From a virus: DNA of 64,000 nt. The DNA is taken from the IMG/VR virus record IMGVR_UViG_3300039191_000589, positions 46,098 through 110,097 of that record, one strand, 5' to 3'. The notes below the pieces were generated by a model that did not search any database, was not told where the DNA came from, and saw only the letters and a list, made by a program, of their open reading frames with translations. The translations under genes and the position numbers were made by a program. This document shows positions 38,394 through 47,094 of the stretch, piece after piece. Within the stretch, counting starts at the first letter, position 1, and each line of letters opens with the position of its first letter.

Positions 38394-39302
38394 ATGCCTG
38401 ATAAAGCATTAAAATTATTAGAAAAAATATCAGGAGTGTTAGATAAATTTTGGACATTTATTACTAACATTCCTGAAAAAGCTTATGATTCTTTAGCTTA
38501 TATTATGAAAGAAATGGTTGATTTATTAATTAAATTTCCTAGAATTACATCATTTCCTGAAATTATTGAAGTGTGGCAAGTAGTATTAGTATTATCACTA
38601 TCTATGTTAGGATTAGTATTTATTTATATAGCAGTGCGTAATAGAATATCTTTGAATAGTAATATTATTAGATCAATTGAAATCAAACAAGTTATTGCTA
38701 GAACTTTTTATATGGGCTTTTTCATTATTTTGAGTAGAACCTTTGTAGATTGGCTTATTATGTTAAACAATGTATTAATTAATGTATTAATGCATCATTT
38801 TGATATTCGAAAAGTAATAGATCACATTGGTAATTCTCATTTTGGGAAAGATATAATAGCAACCGCAATAATAGGGTATCAAATATACCTAGTTGTGTGG
38901 ATTATGATTCAATATTGGTTAAGAGTTACGGAAGTATTAGTGATGTATGTTTCTAGCCCTGTTATGTATTTATTATGGGTTAATCCAGAGTGGGGAGGGT
39001 ACTTATCTAGCTGGTTAAAACGAATTAGCTCATTAATTTTTACACAATTAGCTCAAATACTAATATTAATTATTCATGGGCATTTAGTTTTTAAATTTTT
39101 TGTTTCAGGATCAATTTCAAGTTTAGCTTTAGGGGTAGCTGGATTAATTTTAATGAAAAAAACTCCAGCCTTTTTTAAAATGTTTATTGCCCAAACAAAT
39201 TCATTGCAAATTATGACGGGGACTTATGATAAAATTTCTAATTCTAATACTGTTAAAAAAATTAAAAATAAAATGTCAGGGGGTAATGATGACGATGAGT
39301 AA
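38394..39302 (+). CDS. VirB6/TrbL-like polytopic membrane protein
   Basis: 5-6 hydrophobic segments; RxxE...SP...W...W pattern of Gram-positive VirB6-like proteins. Confidence 0.7.
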   Translation: MPDKALKLLEKISGVLDKFWTFITNIPEKAYDSLAYIMKEMVDLLIKFPRITSFPEIIEVWQVVLVLSLSMLGLVFIYIAVRNRISLNSNIIRSIEIKQVIARTFYMGFFIILSRTFVDWLIMLNNVLINVLMHHFDIRKVIDHIGNSHFGKDIIATAIIGYQIYLVVWIMIQYWLRVTEVLVMYVSSPVMYLLWVNPEWGGYLSSWLKRISSLIFTQLAQILILIIHGHLVFKFFVSGSISSLALGVAGLILMKKTPAFFKMFIAQTNSLQIMTGTYDKISNSNTVKKIKNKMSGGNDDDE

Positions 39303-39588
39303 AGATAAATTATCAACTTGGATTCCGCGAAATTTAAATGAGGAAGATAAAATTGATTTAGGTTTTGGTATTAAATTAACTTGGTCCAATTTACCTTTAA
39401 TTCTAGGAGGAGGAACAATGGGGTATCTTTTATCTACAAAATACAATGATTTCTTAATGAAAACAGCAATTATTTTAATGTGTGTAGTTCCTCCTTATGT
39501 ATTTTGGAAAATAGCTCTTAATGAACAGAATCCAATTGATGTAATGTGGAATATGATAATTTTTATAAGAAAATTATTAAGGGGGTAA
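39295..39588 (+). CDS. PrgI/VirB3-like membrane protein
   Basis: IPRNLNEEDKI..G..LT motif then two TM segments; directly before VirB4; start 39289 or 39295 after AGGGGG. Confidence 0.65.
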   Translation: MSKDKLSTWIPRNLNEEDKIDLGFGIKLTWSNLPLILGGGTMGYLLSTKYNDFLMKTAIILMCVVPPYVFWKIALNEQNPIDVMWNMIIFIRKLLRG

Positions 39589-39592
39589 TAAT

Positions 39593-41284
39593 ATGGTGAC
39601 GGTTAATACTAATATTCATAATGGTAATCAAATTGGTATAATAGAAATTGAACCAACTAATATTTTAATGAAAGATGAAGATTATAAAATTCAAATAATG
39701 GAAAATTTCAAAAAACTAGTAAATTCAATTAATACTTCAATTCAAATATTGTGTAGCAGTGATAATTTTAGTAGTAATAAATTTAGTATTGAAGGGTATG
39801 ACGAATATAATACTTTAATTAATAATAAAATTAATAACGTTGTAAAAAAGAAATTTAAAATAATAGTAAATAATGATGATGAGAGTATATTGAGAAATAA
39901 TTTAAAGACTATTAAAAGACATTTAAAATCTTGTAGCATACAATGTAGCGATTATAAAATTACTACTTATGATAATATTTGTAGTGATGAATTAAATGTG
40001 GACTATATGCAAATTAATGATCAATATGTTAAAACGTTTTATGTAACTGATTATCCTCATAGTTGTTCTTTTGGGTGGTTAAAAGATATATATAATAGTG
40101 AATTAAATGTAGATATTAGTTTCTTTATTCATCCTGTATCAAAATCTGATGCTGAAGAATATTTAACAAAAAAATTAAATCAAAACACCTCTAATTCTTC
40201 ATTAGAAGATGAAAAAGATGTAGTAAATGATAAATATGATGAACGAATTAATAGTGCCATTAAAATGAGAAAACAATTAAGAAAAAACAAATGTAAATTC
40301 TTTTTTACATCCTTTTATATAACATTAAAGGCTGATAATATCAACCAATTAAACCGCGAGAGTGAATATCTGAGGACATTAATGTCAGGTTTAAATGTTA
40401 ATATTAAAAATAGTTATTTACGCCAAGAGGATGCATATAAGTGCACTAGAGCCTTTGGGAGAGATGTATTAGAAAAATATTATAATTTAACTACTAAACA
40501 ATTAGGGTGCTTTTTTCCATTTACCAATTCAAATATTATTGATAAGAAAGGAATATTGGTTGGGGATAATATTGTGAACTCCAGTTTGGTTTTTTTAGAT
40601 CCTTTTAAATACGATTCTTATTTAATGTTTATCATTGGAAAAGTAGGTGGGGGAAAGAGTTATTTATCAAAATTATTATGTTTAAGATTACTACAAAAAG
40701 GAGTAAAAATTGATATTTTTGATAAAGAGGGGGAATATTTACAATTAAAAGAACTAACCAATTCACCAAATTTACGGGTTCATAATTATAATAATTATTC
40801 TGATTACCTTCCTATGTTAGAAAGATATGTGTATGATATGGATAATAATAATGAATTACAAAAAAGGATGTTATTTATAGATGAATTTTGGCAATTTGTT
40901 GATAACACTAATAAAGAATTTTTAGAGTATGTTAAATATATTACTCTTACTTCACGAAAAAAACATCAAGCATTATGTGCTATTAGCCAAGAAATAGAAC
41001 ATTTATTAGAAACCCCAGAAACTTATACTATTATAAAACAAGCAAGTATTAAAGCTCTTATGAAGTCAGAACCAAGTGAGGCTAGAATGATAAAAGAGGA
41101 ATTAAATTTAACTGAGTCTGAGGTTAATTTTTTAATTTCCGCTGATAATGAAGGTTTATTATTAGCTGATAATAAACAGGTTCAATTTAAAGCTTTATCT
41201 ACAGATAAAGAAGATAAAATTATTACTACTGATCCTTCACAAATTTTACAATTAAGAGAGGAGGGTAAACGTGGGATTATTTAA
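39593..41284 (+). CDS. virB4: VirB4-like ATPase
   Basis: FFPF, Walker A GKVGGGKS, DKEGEY, Walker B FIDEFW, RK...ISQ. Confidence 0.8.
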   Translation: MVTVNTNIHNGNQIGIIEIEPTNILMKDEDYKIQIMENFKKLVNSINTSIQILCSSDNFSSNKFSIEGYDEYNTLINNKINNVVKKKFKIIVNNDDESILRNNLKTIKRHLKSCSIQCSDYKITTYDNICSDELNVDYMQINDQYVKTFYVTDYPHSCSFGWLKDIYNSELNVDISFFIHPVSKSDAEEYLTKKLNQNTSNSSLEDEKDVVNDKYDERINSAIKMRKQLRKNKCKFFFTSFYITLKADNINQLNRESEYLRTLMSGLNVNIKNSYLRQEDAYKCTRAFGRDVLEKYYNLTTKQLGCFFPFTNSNIIDKKGILVGDNIVNSSLVFLDPFKYDSYLMFIIGKVGGGKSYLSKLLCLRLLQKGVKIDIFDKEGEYLQLKELTNSPNLRVHNYNNYSDYLPMLERYVYDMDNNNELQKRMLFIDEFWQFVDNTNKEFLEYVKYITLTSRKKHQALCAISQEIEHLLETPETYTIIKQASIKALMKSEPSEARMIKEELNLTESEVNFLISADNEGLLLADNKQVQFKALSTDKEDKIITTDPSQILQLREEGKRGII

Positions 41285-43586
41285 TAATTTTAAACAACAA
41301 AAAGGAGAAAAATTTAATTCAGAGTGTTTTAAAATTAATTTTGATATTAACCGAAAATCAATTGAAGAATACCAAATGATGTTAAGTAATATCTATGGTT
41401 TACAGTTTATTAATAAACATGAATATACCCCTAAATTTACTTTTGGAATTATTGTTGAAGAAGATCAATATGATTTTTATGCTGTTTGTCCTGAGGAATA
41501 TAGTAATATCATTAAAGAACAACATAAGATAATACACCCACATATTAGATATTCTTCTTTTAATGACCCTCTGAAACAATTTGAAAATTATTTAAGTAAT
41601 GGTAAAATGCATTATATTAGTGGATACAGGTTAATGTTAAATGATAATACTGATAAATCGATACAAACACCTAACAAATCAAGATTTTTATTAAATATTA
41701 TATCAAATATGATGGATGATAAATATAATGATAAAAGTATTTTTGAGATTACTTTTAAACCTATAAATAATAACAATAATATTAATAATAATAAAATATT
41801 AAATACATTAGATACAACTGTAAAAGGATTAAGTTATGCTATGGATTTTTTCTTTAATAGTAATTTAAGTGATCCTTATAAGAATAAAGAGAAAACAAAG
41901 ATTAAAGATAATAAAAAAGATAACAGCAATAAATTTACTGCAAAATTTAATGTTGATATAAAAATTATATGTAAATCTAAAAGTAAACAAAGATCTTTAG
42001 ATAAAGTTAAAAGTGTTAGTGCATCATTTTCTAATCTTAATAAAAATTCTAAATTTAATGCTATTAAGTTAAAACATGATGATATTATTAATCGTCAATA
42101 TAATCATAAAAATATATTAACTGTTGAAGAAATTTCTCAATTTATGCATTTGCCTCATGATATAGGTGAAGAAAATTATACTAGACTATATGATGATAGA
42201 GTACCAAGCAAAGGAATAGTATATGGTGATAGCAATGGTAAAGATGTAGCTTTTCCAATGGAAAAAATTAGCCCTGAAAATTATAGTAAAAAGTATAAAG
42301 AAATAGAAAAATATATTGATGATTTTTCTAAACCATTAGTAATTACAGGGCGTCAAGGTAATGGTAAATCAGAATGGATAGTAAATTTAGCAATAGCTGT
42401 AGCAAAATGTGGGATTTCAGTAATCATAGTAGACCCTAAAGTAGATACTCAAAAAAGATTTATAGAGAGTTTACCTAAAAGTGAAATGGATAGGTTAGAT
42501 TATTTAAATTATGGTGATTTAAGGCATCCTCCAGCTATGAATTTATTTCGACAAAGAAAAGATAATGATCCTATAGAAAATTCATTAATTACATCATCTT
42601 TTATTGCTTTAATGAAAAAACACTCACGCCACTGGGGATTTAAAATGCAAAGAATGCTCCAAAGAGCTTGTGAGGCTGTATTATTAAATCAAACAAGTAC
42701 ATTAAATGAATTAGATTTACTTTTAAATGATCCATTATTTAGAGAGCATATTATAGAAGTAATGGAAGGTAAACTAAATGATAATGATCAAAAAAATAAA
42801 GCCCATATAAGAAAATTATTAAGATATTGGAAAAAATTTCATAATGATGATCAAAAGGATATTGATAAAAAAATCGAACCAGCTATGAATGTTATTGGAC
42901 CATTTATAGATAATCAAATTATTAAGACAATAGTTGGCCAAGAAGAATGTTATGATTTTAGAGAAGCTGCTGATAATGGGAGAATAACTATTGTAAATAT
43001 TCCAGAAGGTTCGTTAGAAGAAAATACTAAAATATTATCATCAATTATCAATAAAAGAATTTGGTTAGATATGCAATCACGAGCTGATAGTGAATTAAAG
43101 GATCGTTATCCAACATTTTGGGTTATGGATGAAGCTCATGAAATTTTAGATGAGGAATTTACTGGTATATTAACAAAGGCACGTGCATATCGATTAGGAG
43201 TGGCATTAATTACACAAGGATTAACTAATTTTAGAAGTAGGGGAATGGATAATATGAAAGACTTAATAGAAACTAATTGTCAAAAGAAAATAACTTTTAA
43301 TATATCATCGTCTGAAAGTAGGCAATTAGCTGAAGAATTTGCTCCTTTGACTCTTAAGGATTTATCTAATTGTCCTAAATATCATTTTTATGCTAAAACA
43401 TTTTTAAAATCAGGGGAAATATCTGACCCATTTTTTGTTCACGCACCTTTACCAGCTAACAAAGAAAGGGATTATAATAAGTTTATTGAAAATCATAAAA
43501 AGGGGAGAAAAACAATGGAGGAAATTGAAATAGAGATTGAAGAGAGGATGGATCATATTAGAACAATGAATAAATTAAAGCAATAA
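41271..43586 (+). CDS. virD4: VirD4/TraG-like coupling-protein ATPase (FtsK-HerA superfamily)
   Basis: GRQGNGKS, IVDPK, all-alpha domain, VMDEAHE, KARAYRLGVALITQ. Confidence 0.75.
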   Translation: MGLFNNFKQQKGEKFNSECFKINFDINRKSIEEYQMMLSNIYGLQFINKHEYTPKFTFGIIVEEDQYDFYAVCPEEYSNIIKEQHKIIHPHIRYSSFNDPLKQFENYLSNGKMHYISGYRLMLNDNTDKSIQTPNKSRFLLNIISNMMDDKYNDKSIFEITFKPINNNNNINNNKILNTLDTTVKGLSYAMDFFFNSNLSDPYKNKEKTKIKDNKKDNSNKFTAKFNVDIKIICKSKSKQRSLDKVKSVSASFSNLNKNSKFNAIKLKHDDIINRQYNHKNILTVEEISQFMHLPHDIGEENYTRLYDDRVPSKGIVYGDSNGKDVAFPMEKISPENYSKKYKEIEKYIDDFSKPLVITGRQGNGKSEWIVNLAIAVAKCGISVIIVDPKVDTQKRFIESLPKSEMDRLDYLNYGDLRHPPAMNLFRQRKDNDPIENSLITSSFIALMKKHSRHWGFKMQRMLQRACEAVLLNQTSTLNELDLLLNDPLFREHIIEVMEGKLNDNDQKNKAHIRKLLRYWKKFHNDDQKDIDKKIEPAMNVIGPFIDNQIIKTIVGQEECYDFREAADNGRITIVNIPEGSLEENTKILSSIINKRIWLDMQSRADSELKDRYPTFWVMDEAHEILDEEFTGILTKARAYRLGVALITQGLTNFRSRGMDNMKDLIETNCQKKITFNISSSESRQLAEEFAPLTLKDLSNCPKYHFYAKTFLKSGEISDPFFVHAPLPANKERDYNKFIENHKKGRKTMEEIEIEIEERMDHIRTMNKLKQ

Positions 43587-43590
43587 TTAG

Positions 43591-43622
43591 TAACCAGCTT
43601 AGTGGCTGGTTATTTTTTTTTT
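43591..43622 (+). terminator. Intrinsic terminator closing the T4SS-like cluster
   Basis: TAACCAGC / GCTGGTTA + T10. Confidence 0.85.
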
Positions 43623-43744
43623 AAAAAAAAATAGAAATAGTGTTATATTATTTAATATAAAAATTATATATTTTATAGAAGATAACATGATGTTGTGCTC
43701 TCTCAATAAAAATAGACAAAATATCAAAAGAAGGAGAGATTGAT

Positions 43745-44164
43745 GTGTATAGAATTAAGACTAAAGAGAATTTAAATTTATTAATTCAAGATATTGGGGT
43801 TACCTTAAAAGCTGACACAGATACTTGGAGATATATTAATGAGGATGTGTTAGATAATTCCACAGATTTTAAGAATATTAAACATTTAGTTAATATAGAA
43901 CAGATAGATAGCCGGAAAGAAGAAGATATTCCTACTAATGATGAAGAAAATGAGGATGTTACTGAAGTAAATGAAGGGGCTTATGTAATTGATGGTGATT
44001 CACCGAAAAACCCTGATGATGCTTTTGTAGCAAACCCTAATGAAGAAGGAAATCCCGTTACTGATGATACAATTGAAGAAAATGATGAAACTGATAATAT
44101 TGATAATAAAGAGACTGATAAAGATACAACTAAAGAAGAAAATAATGATAGTGAAGAAAATTAA
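43745..44164 (+). CDS. Hypothetical protein with acidic tail
   Basis: RBS AAGGAG, GTG start. Confidence 0.7.
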   Translation: MYRIKTKENLNLLIQDIGVTLKADTDTWRYINEDVLDNSTDFKNIKHLVNIEQIDSRKEEDIPTNDEENEDVTEVNEGAYVIDGDSPKNPDDAFVANPNEEGNPVTDDTIEENDETDNIDNKETDKDTTKEENNDSEEN

Positions 44165-44179
44165 TAGGAGGTTAATCAT

Positions 44180-45142
44180 ATGTCTAAAAGATTAGGGTGG
44201 TTAGAAGAGTTTGCTCAACAGCAAGCTAAAAAAATGCAAAAACAAGCTAGTGTTGAAAATAAAGAAGCTACGACTGTAAAAGAAGGAGATAAAATTATTG
44301 TTGATACTGATGTAGCACCTAAAGCTGATCAGGATGATGAAATAACTTATCAAAATAATCCATATAAAGTAGTGGATGCTGATTTTGAAGATGATCATGG
44401 TCCTGGTTTAGTATTAAGAGCATTATCTATCGAGGCTGATGAGGATGAAGATGATGATGTAGAAATTGAAGTTGAAGATGATGACGTTGATATAGATGAT
44501 GTTGATTTCGGTGATTTAGAAGATGATCTTGATGAATTAGATAATTATGAAACTGAAGAAGTTGAAGTTGATGATACTGAAGATATTGAAATTGATGAAT
44601 TAGGTCCTGAGGAAGATAATGAATTTTTAGACGAAGATTTAGAAGTAGTTGATGAAGAACCTGGTGATGATTTAGGTTTGGATGAAGACAATGAATTTAT
44701 CGATGAAGATTTAGAAGTTATTGATGAAGGGCCTACTGGTGACCAATTAGAAGATAATTGGACTGGTGATGTTGGTGAAGGTAAAGAAGATGCTCAAGAA
44801 TATGCCCGAAATAATCCTGGCCACCAATATCATATTGAAACTCAAGATAGAGATGTTAAGGATTTCAATGATGCTGCTGATAAAACTCAACAGCAAATTG
44901 AAGAAGAAAGAAATACTGATCGAACTACAGTAGATGGATATTATTCTCATAATAATATTTTAAATGATATTGTAGAAGAAGCTATAGATACTGAACAAGA
45001 AACTAGTAAAATGGTAAATAAAACAATGGAAGAACCAAGTGAAGTTAATCAAGAACCAATAGGGCAAGATCCAGAAGATGAAGTTAAAACTGACAAAGGT
45101 TTAAATATTAGAAATACTGTTTTAGATAATATATTAAATTAA
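44180..45142 (+). CDS. Highly acidic protein, paralogue of 8412
   Basis: QEYARNNPG; RBS AGGAGG. Confidence 0.75.
   Translation: MSKRLGWLEEFAQQQAKKMQKQASVENKEATTVKEGDKIIVDTDVAPKADQDDEITYQNNPYKVVDADFEDDHGPGLVLRALSIEADEDEDDDVEIEVEDDDVDIDDVDFGDLEDDLDELDNYETEEVEVDDTEDIEIDELGPEEDNEFLDEDLEVVDEEPGDDLGLDEDNEFIDEDLEVIDEGPTGDQLEDNWTGDVGEGKEDAQEYARNNPGHQYHIETQDRDVKDFNDAADKTQQQIEEERNTDRTTVDGYYSHNNILNDIVEEAIDTEQETSKMVNKTMEEPSEVNQEPIGQDPEDEVKTDKGLNIRNTVLDNILN
44594..44734 (+). repeat. In-frame 72-bp tandem duplication
   Basis: DELGPEEDNEFLDEDLEVVDEEP / DDLGLDEDNEFIDEDLEVIDEGP. Confidence 0.8.
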
Positions 45143-45203
45143 AAGGTATTTAAAAATAAATCGGTAAAATTATAAAATAAAATTTGTAGGGAGGATTTTA
45201 ATA

Positions 45204-45746
45204 ATGAAAAAAAGAGCTAAATTAAATAAAAAAGTATTAAGTTTAGGTAAGAAAGTTGCAAAGGCTGTTGAATTAGAAACTGAGGAGATTTTACAGGATG
45301 CTGAGGAACTTATTAAAAAACACGTTCCAGCACGATATGTAAAAAAAGCATTAGCAAAATTAGAAAATAAAATTGATTCTGAAGGTATAGAGGCTTTATT
45401 TGATAAAGCAGTAACACGTGAAGCTCTTAGAAAAACAGCAGATAAAACTGCTTCTGCTGAAGAAATTAATGAGGCACTTGATACATTTGCTGACGCTATT
45501 GTAGCGGAAATGGAAGAAGTATTAGAACATGCTGATAATTATATGACTAATAAAGTTAAAACAGCTAAAAGTGAGAAACTCCAATATGAAATTGAATCAA
45601 AATTAAAGAAAACAGTTGAGGCTAAATTAAAAGAAAAAGGTATTTATTCTAAATTTTCTAGAGTTGTTGAAAAGCCTAAAACTAAAAATACAGAAGCACA
45701 AAAGAAAGAAGCTAATTCTTTCTTAGAAAAAATGAAACAATTATAA
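45204..45746 (+). CDS. Helical protein with internal duplication, probable head-internal protein
   Basis: AKAVELETEEILQDAE / ADAIVAEMEEVLEHAD; several KTA motifs. Confidence 0.7.
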   Translation: MKKRAKLNKKVLSLGKKVAKAVELETEEILQDAEELIKKHVPARYVKKALAKLENKIDSEGIEALFDKAVTREALRKTADKTASAEEINEALDTFADAIVAEMEEVLEHADNYMTNKVKTAKSEKLQYEIESKLKKTVEAKLKEKGIYSKFSRVVEKPKTKNTEAQKKEANSFLEKMKQL

Positions 45747-45766
45747 TATAAAATTAATTTTTAATC

Positions 45767-45802
45767 AGAACAGGGGACCAAATTATTGGTCCTCTGTTTT
45801 TT
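45767..45802 (+). terminator. Intrinsic terminator
   Basis: AACAGGGGACCAA / TTGGTCCTCTGTT + T run. Confidence 0.85.
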
Positions 45803-45838
45803 ATTTTATAATTGATATTTAATTAGGAGGTGTATTTA

Positions 45839-46990
45839 ATGGATAAATTAAATAATTTATATCATAGAGGAGACAGCGTATTTTTATATATTAAATTTAA
45901 ACCACAAAATGATAATGAGAATATAGAAACTATAGAAAATGCTGAAGTAAGAATATTACAAGATCAAGGTGAAACTATTAAAGAAATATTAAAATGGACA
46001 AAAATGGATAATCTTAGTGAAGATGAATATTATTATAATTATCAAATACCTTATGATGGCGATATTGGTGAATACCAAGTAATATATAATGGTAATGTAA
46101 ATGGTAAAACTGCTCATATAGTAAAAACATTTCATGTAATTCCTAATTCTGAAAAATATGAAAATGCTATTAAATTATATGGTTATGCTTATGATTTTAG
46201 AACTGATAATCCTTTGGTTGATGTATCATTAAAATTAAAAAATAGAAATAATAATGAAATTGTTTATCAAAGTTTAACTAATCAAGATGGATATTGGGAG
46301 GCTTATGTTTATCCTAATGAATATGAATTTATTTTTAGCAAAGAAGGGTTTGATGATAGAAAAGTAGCTGCTCAAATTGGAAATGAATCTAATGAAATTC
46401 AATTTAATAATATTAGTTTAAAACCAATTAATGCTGAAAAAAAAGGGAATGGAATGTATGAAATATCTGATCAATATGTTACTAAAAAAGGAACTCCTTT
46501 AAGTGGATTAAAAGTAGAAATTGCTAATATTTTTGATCCTAAAACTATCATAGCTAAAGATGCTACTGATGATAATGGTGAATGGATTTGCTATTTAGAT
46601 CCAGGTGATTATTTAATTAATGTTCAAGGAGAATCAATGGGGATTACATTTGATAAAACAATTAAAGTTAAAATAGATGATGAAGGTGAATATGATTTTG
46701 TTGATTTATCTAATAATGTTGCAGTTGCAAGTAATTCTGAGTATATAGGTCGAGGAGATGGAGAAATAACAGTAACTGATAAAGTTCAAAATAAACAGGG
46801 TGATGGAATTATTGATGTTCAAATAAATGCTTTTAATAAAGGGGATAAATTAATAGAGGAAAATATTATTGCTCGTGATTATACAAACACTAATGGTGAA
46901 TGGACATTAAAATTAGACCCAGGTAAATATATAATAGAATTTTATCATCCTAATTTCAAAACAATTACCAATGAACGCATAGTAGAATAG
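45839..46990 (+). CDS. Virion protein with Ig-like and three transthyretin/Cna-B-like repeats
   Basis: TNQDGYW, TDDNGEW..YLDPGDY, TNTNGEW..KLDPGKY; ATG 45839 after AGGAGG. Confidence 0.7.
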   Translation: MDKLNNLYHRGDSVFLYIKFKPQNDNENIETIENAEVRILQDQGETIKEILKWTKMDNLSEDEYYYNYQIPYDGDIGEYQVIYNGNVNGKTAHIVKTFHVIPNSEKYENAIKLYGYAYDFRTDNPLVDVSLKLKNRNNNEIVYQSLTNQDGYWEAYVYPNEYEFIFSKEGFDDRKVAAQIGNESNEIQFNNISLKPINAEKKGNGMYEISDQYVTKKGTPLSGLKVEIANIFDPKTIIAKDATDDNGEWICYLDPGDYLINVQGESMGITFDKTIKVKIDDEGEYDFVDLSNNVAVASNSEYIGRGDGEITVTDKVQNKQGDGIIDVQINAFNKGDKLIEENIIARDYTNTNGEWTLKLDPGKYIIEFYHPNFKTITNERIVE

Positions 46991-47094
46991 TTTTTTTGAT
47001 ATATTTAAAAGTTAATTGATTGCTTATTAAAAAGTATATAAAAAATAGAAGTACAATTGATTAATATCCTAAAAAATAAAGAGGTGAATTGTAT

